This document shows positions 49,257 to 58,352 of a stretch of DNA of 64,000 bases, piece after piece. The stretch lies in assembly GCA_937864235.1 (NCBI GenBank), contig CALMJI010000014.1, positions 5,769-69,768 of the forward strand, read 5' to 3'. Under the pieces are notes generated by a model that saw only the letters and a program-made list of their open reading frames with translations, had not been told where the DNA came from and did no database searches. Position 1 is the stretch's first letter; every line of letters starts with the position of its first letter. The position numbers and the translations under genes are program-made. Origin of the DNA: an uncultured bacterium. Lineage in GTDB: Bacteria; Patescibacteriota; Minisyncoccia; SW-4-49-11.

Positions 49257-51581
49257 ATGAATAATACAGTCAAAAATTTGAAAAGTTTAATCAAAAGCAC
49301 TTTGAAGGGTGATGAGAGATTATGGTTTGTCAATCAAGATAATGAACAGGAATTCAATCAAACTTTGCTTTTGGATTTGGTAGAAAAAGTAGATAATAAA
49401 ATTATTAGTCTATTATTACAAGAGGAAGTATTAAGAGAGAAGTTTTTTGTCAAAATTGTTCCACCCCGTCCAGCAAAGCTGTCCACCCCTCAAGAGGGGA
49501 ATTTTTCCTATGTCTTCAAAACTAATGAATTTAGATTCTTTATGGAGGAGAACAAAGTAGATAATTCATATACTAGTTTCAAAAATCGCATCGGGCTTAC
49601 TGATGGTAAAAAATTCCTCAAAGATAGTGGCGATATTGTATTAGATTGGCCGTATAAAGACTGTGTGCTAGAAGGTGGGCAAAGTACGGAGGAAGGATCA
49701 GATATTTATTTTGAATATGACACTAAATCCACCCCGTCAGGCAAGCCTGCCACCCCTCAAGAGGGGAATTATATCAAGAAGCAAGGTAAGAGAAAAGAAA
49801 TATTTTTCAATCAAGTTCTAGCTCAAGATGAGATAGATAGATTGCTAGATCCAAAGGCTTTGGTTAATTGGAAAAGATTTGATAAAAATGGTAAAACTCC
49901 CCTCTTGAGTGGTGGCGACGAAGTCGACGGGGTGGATGCTCTCAAAAGAAATGAAGACGGCACTATTGCTGAGAATTTGATTATAAAAGGCAATAATCTC
50001 TTAGCTCTACACTCTCTCAAAAAACAATTCCGAGGCAAAGTCAAGCTGATTTATATTGACCCACCTTATAATACTGGTAATGATGGCTTCAAATATAATG
50101 ATAACTTCAATCACTCCACTTGGCTGACTTTTATGAAAAATAGATTGGAAGTGGCAAGAGAGCTATTGCGGGAGGATGGGGTGATCTTTGTGCAATGTGA
50201 TGATAATGAGCAAGCATATTTGAAGGTTTTAATGGATGAGGTGTTTGGGAATAATTTTTTGAATACTATATCTGTAAAAGCAAAAGTTAGTGCAGGAGCA
50301 AGCGGAGGAGGTGAGGATAAAAGACTTAAAAAGAATATAGAGTATATACATTGTTACTTTAAGAAAGATTTTATTGTTTTTAACGATTTATACAAAGAAA
50401 CAGAAATAGTTTCATATATACAACAGATGAAAAATGAAGGGAAAAGTTTTAAATATACTCAGGTTTTAATTTCTACTGGTGAAAAAGAAATATTAAGAGT
50501 TATTAAAGATGGTTCTGGAGAAGATATTACAATCTATAAACACTCAGGAGTTGTAATTAAAACAATCTCTCAATTAATAAAAGAAGAGAATCTTTCTGTA
50601 AAGGAGGTATATAAAAAATATTTCAATAAAATTTTCACAACAACGAATGCACAAAGTTCAATTCGCCAAAGAGTTTGGGATGCAACTGGTAAAAACAATG
50701 ATTTTTTTAGTATTGAATATATTCCAAAATCAGGAAGAAATAAAGATAAATTAACCACACAATTTTATACAGGAAATAAAAAGGTTCTTCTAATATGGTT
50801 TAGCGATACAGCTATAATTGATAGTAAAGGAAATGTAATTAAAAAAGAAAAATACGGTACATTTTGGGATGGAATTGACTATAATAACTTAAATAAAGAG
50901 GGCGATAATATTTTTTCTTCTGGTAAAAAACCAGAAAAACTTATTCAAAGGATAGTTGAAATGAGTACAGAAAAAGGCGACATTGTGCTTGACTATCATC
51001 TTGGCTCTGGGACTACTTGTGCAGTGGCTCATAAAATGGGTCGGCAGTATATTGGAATTGAGCAAATGGATTATATTGAGACTATCGCTGTGGAGAGGTT
51101 AAAGAAAGTAATTAGGCAATCCACCTCCCCCGCTAAAGCGGGTACTCCTCAAGATGAGAATATTCCCCTCGTTGAGGGGTGGACTGCGAAGCAGGACGGG
51201 GTGGATTCTTTTGACACAGGAGGAATATCCAAAGCTATAAATTGGCAAGGTGGTGGCGATTTTATCTATTTTGAACTAGCTAAATGGAATCAGCAGGCTA
51301 AAGAAATAATTCAAGCAGCTGAGAGTTTGGAGGAGATGATTGGATGTTTGGATGAATTATCTGATAAATATTTCCTCAATTATAATCTCAAAATGCAAGA
51401 ATTTCGAGAAAAGGTAATCTTGGAGGCTGAGTTCCAAACTTTATCTCTAGAGAGCCAAAAAGCTATATTTATGGCTATGCTGGATAATAATCAGATGTAT
51501 GTCAATAAAAGTGAAATGGCTGATGAGAAATTTGGTATTAGTGAAGAGGAGCAGAAATTGACAGAGGAGTTCTATAAGTAA
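49257..51581 (+). CDS. mod: Type III restriction-modification system methyltransferase (Mod; beta-class N6-adenine/N4-cytosine MTase)
   Basis: Motif IV 'IYIDPPYN' upstream of motif I 'VLDYHLGSGTT' (beta-class order); 774 aa; a res gene lies downstream. It carries four in-frame GC-rich repeat modules. Confidence 0.8.
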   Translation: MNNTVKNLKSLIKSTLKGDERLWFVNQDNEQEFNQTLLLDLVEKVDNKIISLLLQEEVLREKFFVKIVPPRPAKLSTPQEGNFSYVFKTNEFRFFMEENKVDNSYTSFKNRIGLTDGKKFLKDSGDIVLDWPYKDCVLEGGQSTEEGSDIYFEYDTKSTPSGKPATPQEGNYIKKQGKRKEIFFNQVLAQDEIDRLLDPKALVNWKRFDKNGKTPLLSGGDEVDGVDALKRNEDGTIAENLIIKGNNLLALHSLKKQFRGKVKLIYIDPPYNTGNDGFKYNDNFNHSTWLTFMKNRLEVARELLREDGVIFVQCDDNEQAYLKVLMDEVFGNNFLNTISVKAKVSAGASGGGEDKRLKKNIEYIHCYFKKDFIVFNDLYKETEIVSYIQQMKNEGKSFKYTQVLISTGEKEILRVIKDGSGEDITIYKHSGVVIKTISQLIKEENLSVKEVYKKYFNKIFTTTNAQSSIRQRVWDATGKNNDFFSIEYIPKSGRNKDKLTTQFYTGNKKVLLIWFSDTAIIDSKGNVIKKEKYGTFWDGIDYNNLNKEGDNIFSSGKKPEKLIQRIVEMSTEKGDIVLDYHLGSGTTCAVAHKMGRQYIGIEQMDYIETIAVERLKKVIRQSTSPAKAGTPQDENIPLVEGWTAKQDGVDSFDTGGISKAINWQGGGDFIYFELAKWNQQAKEIIQAAESLEEMIGCLDELSDKYFLNYNLKMQEFREKVILEAEFQTLSLESQKAIFMAMLDNNQMYVNKSEMADEKFGISEEEQKLTEEFYK
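49460..49505 (+). repeat. In-frame GC-rich repeat module inside mod (encodes PPRPAKLSTPQEGN)
   Basis: ccaccccgtccagcaaagctgtccacccctcaagaggggaat, the same module as intergenic copies R4, R5 and R14. Confidence 0.55.
49729..49770 (+). repeat. In-frame GC-rich repeat module inside mod (encodes STPSGKPATPQEGN)
   Basis: ccaccccgtcaggcaagcctgccacccctcaagaggggaat, nearly identical to R4 at 28856..28885. Confidence 0.55.
49897..49940 (+). repeat. In-frame GC-rich repeat module inside mod, inverted orientation (encodes PLLSGGDEVDGVD)
   Basis: cccctcttgagtggtggcgacgaagtcgacggggtggat. It contains the reverse complement of the ccaccccgtc and cccctcaaga modules. Confidence 0.45.
51121..51200 (+). repeat. 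In-frame GC-rich repeat module inside mod C-terminal region (encodes STSPAKAGTPQDENIPLVEGWTAKQDGVD)
   Basis: ccacctcccccgctaaagcgggtactcctcaag..cccctcgttgaggggtgg..gacggggtggat. It shares gggtactcc, cccctcgttgagggg and ccaccccgtc motifs with R2, R4 and R8. Confidence 0.5.
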
Positions 51582-51590
51582 TTATGAATT

Positions 51591-52628
51591 ATGAAAAAAG
51601 AGAAAAAACAATTATCTCAAATCATACAATCAAGTACAGCTCAGTATTTGACTTTTGTGTCGGCCAATGGTGATGATTCGTCTAGTATAGAAGTAAGATA
51701 TGAGGATGAGAATATTTGGATGACTCAAAAAATGCTGGCGGAACTGTATGATGTATCTGTGTCGGCCATCAATCAGCATATTAAGAAATTAACAGAAGAT
51801 AATGAGATAAACGATTCAGTTATTAAGCAATACTTAATAACTGCTAGTGATGGTAAGAAATATAATACGGCTCACTACAATCTTCAAACAATTATTTCTA
51901 TTGGATTTAAAATAGAAAATGAAAGAGCGGTACAATTTCGTAAATGGGCAAGAGAAATAGTAAAAGAGTATACTATTAAGGGTTTTGTAATGGATGATGA
52001 GAGGCTCAAAAATGGAGGTACCACTTTAACTAAAGAGTTTTTTGAACAACTTCTTGAAAGAATTAGAGAAATAAGGCTATCGGAGAGAAAGTTTTATCAA
52101 AAAATTACTGATATTTATGCAACAGCGATTGATTATGATTCTAGTGCAGAGACGACAAAAAAGTTTTTTGCTATGGTACAAAACAAGCTTCACTGGGCAA
52201 TTCATGGACAAACAGCCTCTGAATTGATCTATACTCGGGCAAATTCAGAAAAAGAAAATATGGGGCTTACTTCTTGGAAAGATGCACCAAAAGGGAAAAT
52301 TCAAAAATTTGATGTGAGTATTGCCAAAAATTATCTTACTGACAAAGAACTTGCAAGTTTACAAAGAATAGTATCGGCATATCTGGATATCGCAGAAGAT
52401 ATGGCAGAGAGAAATATCCCAATGACAATGCAAGATTGGGCAAAAAGACTCAATACCTTTATAGAGGCAGCAGATAGAAAAGTGCTTCAAGATGCTGGGA
52501 AGATTACCGCACAAATAGCAAAGGACTTTGCAGAAAGTGAATTTGAAAAATATAGAATTGTGCAAGATAGATTGTTTGAATCAGATTTTGACCGTGAGAT
52601 AAAAAAACTTTTAGAAAACAATTTATAA
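51591..52628 (+). CDS. RhuM-family (virulence-protein RhuM-like) HTH protein embedded between mod and res
   Basis: N-terminal 'TQKMLAELYDVSVSAINQHIKKL' HTH and conserved RhuM-like core 'RAVQFRKWAREIVKEY'; 345 aa. Confidence 0.5.
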   Translation: MKKEKKQLSQIIQSSTAQYLTFVSANGDDSSSIEVRYEDENIWMTQKMLAELYDVSVSAINQHIKKLTEDNEINDSVIKQYLITASDGKKYNTAHYNLQTIISIGFKIENERAVQFRKWAREIVKEYTIKGFVMDDERLKNGGTTLTKEFFEQLLERIREIRLSERKFYQKITDIYATAIDYDSSAETTKKFFAMVQNKLHWAIHGQTASELIYTRANSEKENMGLTSWKDAPKGKIQKFDVSIAKNYLTDKELASLQRIVSAYLDIAEDMAERNIPMTMQDWAKRLNTFIEAADRKVLQDAGKITAQIAKDFAESEFEKYRIVQDRLFESDFDREIKKLLENNL

Positions 52629-52631
52629 TAT

Positions 52632-53474
52632 ATGAAAACACAATTAATTCACCAACTTACGGCCAATTTCGAAGATTTATCACATCAGACAAATTATGGA
52701 GTAGAGTTTTGGTTGGCAAGAGACTTACAACATCTTTTGGGCTATGATAAATGGGATAATTTTAAGAATATTATTAGTAAAGCAAAAACAGCTTGTGAAA
52801 TTTCTGGGCAGAAAGTTACAGACCATTTTGCCGACGTCGGGAAAATGGTCTCTATAGGTTCAGGTGCTGAAAAAGAAATAGAAGACTTAATGTTAACTCG
52901 CTATGCTTGTTATCTCATTGCTCAAAATGGAGACTCAAGAAAACAGGAAATTGCCTTTGCTCAGACTTATTTTGCAGTACAAACCAGAAAAGCTGAAATT
53001 ATAGAACAAAAAATCCTTGAATATGAAAGAGTTCAGGCTAGAAATAAACTTGCAGAAACTGAAAAAGAGCTATCTCAAGTAATATTTGAACAAACAGGAA
53101 GTGATCAAAACTTTGCACTAATTAGAAGTAAAGGTGATCAAGCTTTATTTAATCAAACTACTCAACAAATGAAGGGTAAATGGGGAATTAAGAATAAGCC
53201 TCTTGCTGATTTTATGCCAACCATATTACTGAAAGCTAAAGATTTTGCTACTGAAATTACTATTTTTAATGCCAAAGAAAAAAAGATGCAAACAGAGCAT
53301 CAAATTTCAAATGAGCATATTACTAACAATAAATCTGTGAGACATACTCTTATTACTCGTGGTATTACTCCAGAAAATTTACCACCTGAAGAAGATGTCA
53401 AAAAAATTGCCAGAAAACTAAAAAAAGAGGAGAAAAAAACTATTAAAACAGATGATACCTTTGGTAATTCATAA
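52632..53474 (+). CDS. dinD: DNA-damage-inducible protein D (DinD)-like protein
   Basis: 'GVEFWLARDLQHLLGYDKWDNFKNIISKAKTACEISGQKVTDHFADVGKMV...LTRYACYLIAQNGDSRKQEIAFAQTYFAVQTRKAE' aligns closely with the E. coli DinD N-terminal domain. Confidence 0.6.
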   Translation: MKTQLIHQLTANFEDLSHQTNYGVEFWLARDLQHLLGYDKWDNFKNIISKAKTACEISGQKVTDHFADVGKMVSIGSGAEKEIEDLMLTRYACYLIAQNGDSRKQEIAFAQTYFAVQTRKAEIIEQKILEYERVQARNKLAETEKELSQVIFEQTGSDQNFALIRSKGDQALFNQTTQQMKGKWGIKNKPLADFMPTILLKAKDFATEITIFNAKEKKMQTEHQISNEHITNNKSVRHTLITRGITPENLPPEEDVKKIARKLKKEEKKTIKTDDTFGNS

Positions 53475-53489
53475 CTTATAATTAACACT

Positions 53490-56261
53490 ATGTCAGAGAT
53501 CAAAAATCTATATGAAATCATCGGAGAAAAGGCTTATAGGCTAAGATTGCCTTATCCTGAAATTCCAGATTATATTACTGATAATCTGAAATATAGTTTT
53601 TTTGATTGGCAAAAGTCGGCTTTTGAGAATTTTTTGACTTATCAGGCGATTAAGGACATTGAAACTCCTAATGAGCCGACTCATCTGATGTTTAATATGG
53701 CCACAGGTACTGGTAAAACTATGCTGATGGCAGCTACTATTTTGTATTATTATAAGCAGGGGTATCGGCATTTTTTGTTTTTTGTGAATCAAAATAATAT
53801 TGTAGATAAGACGGAGAATAATTTTATAGATAATGCTCATAATAAGTATTTGTTTCAGGATAAAATTGTTATTGACAGAGAAACGGTGGAATTAAAGAAA
53901 GTTGAGGTGTTTAGTGATAATCCGACTGGAATTGAGATTAAGTTTACTTCGATTCAAAAATTGTATAATGATATTCATTTGCAAAAAGAGAATCAGACTA
54001 CCTTGGATGATTTGATGTCTCGTGATTTGGTGATGTTGGCAGATGAGGCTCATCATTTTAACACTGATACCAAAAAAGCTAAATTGCAGACTAATTTGAT
54101 TGAGGCGGAATTAAATAATAAATCTAGTGAAAATTTGATTGAAAAGTTGGGTTGGGAGCATACGGTTATAGAGTTGATTTTGAAAAGAAATAATTCACAA
54201 GATCATCTGCGGGCGAATAAAAATGTGCTTTTGGAATTCACGGCGACTATTCCAGCTACGGCGAGTGTGGCTAAAAAATATGAGGATAAAATCATTTATA
54301 AATTTGGCTTAAAGGAGTTTTTACAAGCAGGTTATACTAAGCAAATTAATCTTATTTCGTCGAATTTGGAGAAAAAGGATAGAATTTTGCAGGCTTTGCT
54401 TTTCCATTGGTATCGGCATAAAGTAGCTCTAGATGCTGGTATTCCTAATTTTAAGCCAGTGATTTTGTTTAGAAGCAAGACTATTGAGGAGTCTAAACAG
54501 GATTATGAGGAATTTGTGGATATGGTATCTAATTTGTCTTTGGAGGATTTGAAATTCTTGGATTATATTTTGGAGAATTTTAAGTTTGCTAATCATAGTC
54601 TGTATGAGCAAGGTAAGAATAGAACGGAGCAATTGGTGGATTATATACAGGTGAATAAAATTAGCCGTAGTGAGATTATAGATTTTATTAAGCATAATTT
54701 TCAAGAGAAAAATATAATTATTACTAATTCCAAAAGTAATAAAACCAAAAAAGAGAAAACTGATGCTGAGGTGGAGCGATTATTGAATAATCTAGAGGAT
54801 AAGAATAATCATATTCGGGCTATTTTTACGGTGGAGCGATTGACTGAAGGTTGGGATGTCTTGAATTTGTATGATATTGTCCGGCTGTATGAAGGGCAAA
54901 ATACGGGTGGCTCAAACTTTAAATCTAATAAAACTCCAGAGTCAACTACAAAGGAAAAACAGCTGATTGGGCGAGGGGTGAGATATTATCCTTTTGATTA
55001 CCCAGAAAAGGATAGGCATAAGCGAAAATTTGATAATGATACTCAAAAGCGAGAGCGAATTTTGGAGGAGCTATTCTTTTATAGTGTGAATGAAAGTAGA
55101 TATATTTCAGAGCTAAAAACCGAGTTAAAAAGGGAGGGGTTTATTGATGAGAATCGGAATATTAGAACTTTTGAATTAAAAGAAAATTTCAAAAAGACAG
55201 ATTTTTATAAGCAATTCAGAGTCTGGCAAAATAAAAAAATCCCTAATCCTAATCGGCGAAAAAACACTTTAGCTGACTTGAAGCAGGACAAGAATTATTT
55301 TATTGCTCCTTTTCAAGTGCAAAATTATAGTGTCAAAGAGTACGGAGTGGATTTTAATAACCCTGAAAAGGAAATTAGGCAGAATCAGATGGCAAATCCT
55401 AATGCTAATTATACGATTAAATTAACTAAAGTGGAGAGGCATATTTTTTATAAGGCGATTCATATTCTGGCTAAGCAAGAAAATTCTCTGTATAGATTCG
55501 ATAAATTGAGTCAGGAATTGGCTATCAATAGTATTGATGACTTGTTAAAACCAGAATTTTTGGGGGATATGGAGGTGGCTTTCAAGCTCCCAGCAAAGAT
55601 GAGTTATCTGGATTTGGATAATAAGCATAAATTGAATGCGGTGATTTTGTTTTTGGCAGATATTGAGAGTAGATTAACTGAGTCTATTAGTGAATATATA
55701 GGTAGTCGGGAGTTTTATCCTAAGAGTCTGGATAGTATTTTTGGAGCTCCTAAAGCTAAAGTTATTGATGAGCTAAATGAAAATACCGAATTTGCTGAGC
55801 AAAATGATTGGTATGTATTGAATAATTTTGTGGGCACAGATCAGGAGCGATATTTGGTGGAATTTATCAAAGACTCTATGTCGCAGTTGGAGCAGCAATA
55901 TAAAGAGATTTATCTTTTGCGAAACGAGGAGATTTATGGGATTTATGATTTTGATAAGGGTAGAACTTTTATGCCAGATTTCTTGCTGTTTTTGAAGACT
56001 AAAGATAAAAAGAGTGTCGGAGTGGCAAATACAGAATTATATTATCAGGTATTTATCGAGCCAAAAGGTGAGCAATTATTATCTTTGGATGCTTGGAAAA
56101 ATGATTTTCTGAATAAAATTCAAAAAGATTATGGTCCTGAGAATATTATTCAAGCTGAGAATCCTAATTATAGGTTAATTGGATTGCCTTTATTTAATCA
56201 ACAACTGAGTGCTGAATTTAGAGATAAATTTTCAAAATTAATGGAAACTAATAACAGCTAA
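53490..56261 (+). CDS. res: Type III restriction enzyme, Res subunit (SF2 helicase plus PD-ExK nuclease)
   Basis: Walker A 'MATGTGKT', DEAH box 'MLADEAHH', helicase motif VI region, and C-terminal PD-(D/E)xK-like 'MPDFLLFL...VFIEPKG'; 923 aa. Confidence 0.8.
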   Translation: MSEIKNLYEIIGEKAYRLRLPYPEIPDYITDNLKYSFFDWQKSAFENFLTYQAIKDIETPNEPTHLMFNMATGTGKTMLMAATILYYYKQGYRHFLFFVNQNNIVDKTENNFIDNAHNKYLFQDKIVIDRETVELKKVEVFSDNPTGIEIKFTSIQKLYNDIHLQKENQTTLDDLMSRDLVMLADEAHHFNTDTKKAKLQTNLIEAELNNKSSENLIEKLGWEHTVIELILKRNNSQDHLRANKNVLLEFTATIPATASVAKKYEDKIIYKFGLKEFLQAGYTKQINLISSNLEKKDRILQALLFHWYRHKVALDAGIPNFKPVILFRSKTIEESKQDYEEFVDMVSNLSLEDLKFLDYILENFKFANHSLYEQGKNRTEQLVDYIQVNKISRSEIIDFIKHNFQEKNIIITNSKSNKTKKEKTDAEVERLLNNLEDKNNHIRAIFTVERLTEGWDVLNLYDIVRLYEGQNTGGSNFKSNKTPESTTKEKQLIGRGVRYYPFDYPEKDRHKRKFDNDTQKRERILEELFFYSVNESRYISELKTELKREGFIDENRNIRTFELKENFKKTDFYKQFRVWQNKKIPNPNRRKNTLADLKQDKNYFIAPFQVQNYSVKEYGVDFNNPEKEIRQNQMANPNANYTIKLTKVERHIFYKAIHILAKQENSLYRFDKLSQELAINSIDDLLKPEFLGDMEVAFKLPAKMSYLDLDNKHKLNAVILFLADIESRLTESISEYIGSREFYPKSLDSIFGAPKAKVIDELNENTEFAEQNDWYVLNNFVGTDQERYLVEFIKDSMSQLEQQYKEIYLLRNEEIYGIYDFDKGRTFMPDFLLFLKTKDKKSVGVANTELYYQVFIEPKGEQLLSLDAWKNDFLNKIQKDYGPENIIQAENPNYRLIGLPLFNQQLSAEFRDKFSKLMETNNS

Positions 56262-56264
56262 TTT

Positions 56265-57272
56265 ATGGCCTATATATTCACCCTTTTATTCTTAATCTCT
56301 TGTGTCTGTCTAGTGGTGGGTCTGATTAGGCCGAGGGTTTTTGCGGGATTATTCCAGGGTAAGTCTACCAGAAAGCAGATTGGGATTATGTTTGGGATGC
56401 TGATTTTTGTCTCATTTGTTTTGGTGGCTGCTAGTCCTCTTCCAGAGGGTTATGAAGAACAGTCTAATGAGCCAAAAGCAGAGGAAGTGGTAATTCCAGA
56501 GACTGAGGTTGCTAACTCTGAGCCAGAAGAGGTGAAACCTGAGGAAGTACAAGAGGAAAACACCCCTGTAGAGGCAAATTTGCCTGCTCCAGTGGCAGTT
56601 CAAGACAACACTAGTATTACAGAGGCAGAAGTAAAACCTGAGCCAAAAGAGGAGCAAAACCAGGTTAAGGATTTATTCCAAGTGACGGAGGTAGTGGATG
56701 GAGATACGATTAAAGTTAGTCTTCTTGGAACTTTACGGCTAATTGGGATAGACACTCCAGAGACTAGAGACCCAAGGAAGCCAGTGCAGTGTTTTGGAAG
56801 AGAAGCTAGTAATAAAGCAAAAGAATTATTGAGTGGTAGAAAAGTGTATTTGGAATATGATCCTGCTAACAAAAAAGATAAGTATGGGCGGACTTTGGCT
56901 TATGTCTATCGGGAAGATGGGTTGTTTTATAATGCTGAGATGATAAAACAGGGTTATGCCCACTCTTATGTACAATTCCCACATCCTAGATTAGATGAGT
57001 TTAATATTTATCAGCGAGAGGCTAGAGAAAATGAACGAGGCTTTTGGGCGACTAATACTTGTAATGGAGATACAACTAAGGCTGCTTCTGGATCAAAGCC
57101 TAAATCTACTACTCCCCTACCAATTAGTCCAGAATTCAATAAAGATGGATTTATAGCAGGAACTTGTGCTAGTCTCAAAAAATTGGGTTTGGGTAATTTT
57201 AGAGAGGGTGACCCGAATTATACTAAATCAAGGGACGGGGACGGAGATGGGGTCGCTTGTGAGATGAATTAA
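56265..57272 (+). CDS. Membrane-anchored staphylococcal-nuclease (SNase/thermonuclease) domain protein with C-terminal Excalibur Ca-binding domain
   Basis: Two N-terminal TM helices, E/P-rich linker, SNase core 'VVDGDTIKV...LRLIGIDTPE...GRTLAYVY', C-terminal 'DGDGDGVACE' Excalibur motif. Confidence 0.75.
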   Translation: MAYIFTLLFLISCVCLVVGLIRPRVFAGLFQGKSTRKQIGIMFGMLIFVSFVLVAASPLPEGYEEQSNEPKAEEVVIPETEVANSEPEEVKPEEVQEENTPVEANLPAPVAVQDNTSITEAEVKPEPKEEQNQVKDLFQVTEVVDGDTIKVSLLGTLRLIGIDTPETRDPRKPVQCFGREASNKAKELLSGRKVYLEYDPANKKDKYGRTLAYVYREDGLFYNAEMIKQGYAHSYVQFPHPRLDEFNIYQREARENERGFWATNTCNGDTTKAASGSKPKSTTPLPISPEFNKDGFIAGTCASLKKLGLGNFREGDPNYTKSRDGDGDGVACEMN

Positions 57273-57328
57273 GAAAAAACCCCTACAAAATAGGGATTTG
57301 GGTTGTTATTGAGTTGTTGGATCGGGAC

Positions 57329-58033
57329 TCAGCCAACGAGTGCGGCTGCTGCCATTCGAGCTATTTCACGGTTTTCAAATCCGATATCCATCAGAGCTTC
57401 CTGATAGGAACTGAGGAAATCAGCCATCAGGTCTTCCTTGTCCATGTGAAGCGCTTTAGCATCCACAGCCACCTGGTCGAGCATTTTGCGAACCAAGGGC
57501 AGATTGTCCCGGTTAGCCTGCTTCAATTCCTCCCGACTGGCATTGAGATTGGCCTTCAGCCATTCCTGTCCGTAGTTGAGATGAGTGTATTCATCTTTGA
57601 CCACCCGTTCTGTGATCTTGCGGGCAAATGGATCGGCCACTGGGATATAAATGTGGTAGGCGGAAATCGCAAAGGCTTCGATCAAGATTGCCTGAATCAA
57701 CATGCAGGTCACCACTTTGCCATCAGTGATGGCCTTCTGAAAATTGCCATGCAATGGAGCGAAGAACTCCTTTGCAAACGGCATATCTGCTGTCACACCG
57801 AGGTTGTTGGCACAGGCGGTGAAACCTTTCATATGCTTGAGCTCCATGCGGGCCAGCTTGACAAGCTCCTCCACCTGGTCTGGCATCAGGGTGCCAATAG
57901 CGATGTAGTTGTCATGAGCCTCCTGTTCACCCTTGATTACGATGGCATTGATGCGACTGTAGGCATCTTTGTAGGTGTCACTTGTGAAGTCTGGGAGATC
58001 AGATTGTTCACCGGTAATTGATACTGCTGTCAA
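57329..58033 (-). CDS. ado: Aldehyde-deformylating oxygenase (ADO, cyanobacterial-type ferritin-like di-iron enzyme), N-terminally truncated, apparent TTG start
   Basis: Near full-length match to the cyanobacterial ADO family signature blocks 'DFTSDTYKDAYSRINAIVIKGEQEAHDNYI', 'KGFTACANNLGV', 'CMLIQAILIEAFAISAYHIYIPVADPFARKITERVVKDEYTHLNYGQEWLKAN'. The ORF sits in a ~770-bp block of about 50% GC, against about 30% background. Confidence 0.8.
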   Translation of the reverse strand: MTAVSITGEQSDLPDFTSDTYKDAYSRINAIVIKGEQEAHDNYIAIGTLMPDQVEELVKLARMELKHMKGFTACANNLGVTADMPFAKEFFAPLHGNFQKAITDGKVVTCMLIQAILIEAFAISAYHIYIPVADPFARKITERVVKDEYTHLNYGQEWLKANLNASREELKQANRDNLPLVRKMLDQVAVDAKALHMDKEDLMADFLSSYQEALMDIGFENREIARMAAAALVG

Positions 58034-58352
58034 GGTGCTAGCTGGGAGTTTAACCCAGGCTATAGGACATTTTTATACTATACCTTTTTGATAGTTTTGT
58101 ATATAGTATAAAATAAAAGGAGGGTTTTTATACCCTCATATGAATAAATAGCATTTTGATAAAAATTGTAAGTGCGTAAAATGAAAGAATTACAGCGGCG
58201 GTGGCAGATAAGAATCTTATAAGTCTAAAGTCCATATATCAAAACTTCATAGGTCAATTCTAAACCAGCATTTTTTATAAGATAATTCAAGATTGGGTGA
58301 ATTTAAAATATGTGGAGATGGATATCCACCTCAGAATGGTAACATAATATAA

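Noticed and set aside
727-56872. Numerous 60-100-aa ORFs antisense to or nested inside long annotated genes (e.g. 727..918, 4518..4709, 7751..8206, 9993..10187, 12616..12918, 16495..16680, 30679..30918, 31847..32125, 43539..43784, 53541..53840, 56412..56872)
   Set aside because: They overlap well-supported genes on the opposite strand or in other frames, and their composition is low-complexity. No independent signals support them.
57314-58021. 235-aa plus-strand ORF overlapping the ADO gene
   Set aside because: It lies antisense to the strongly supported ADO coding sequence. It is Cys/His-rich low-complexity translation typical of an antisense frame in GC-rich DNA.
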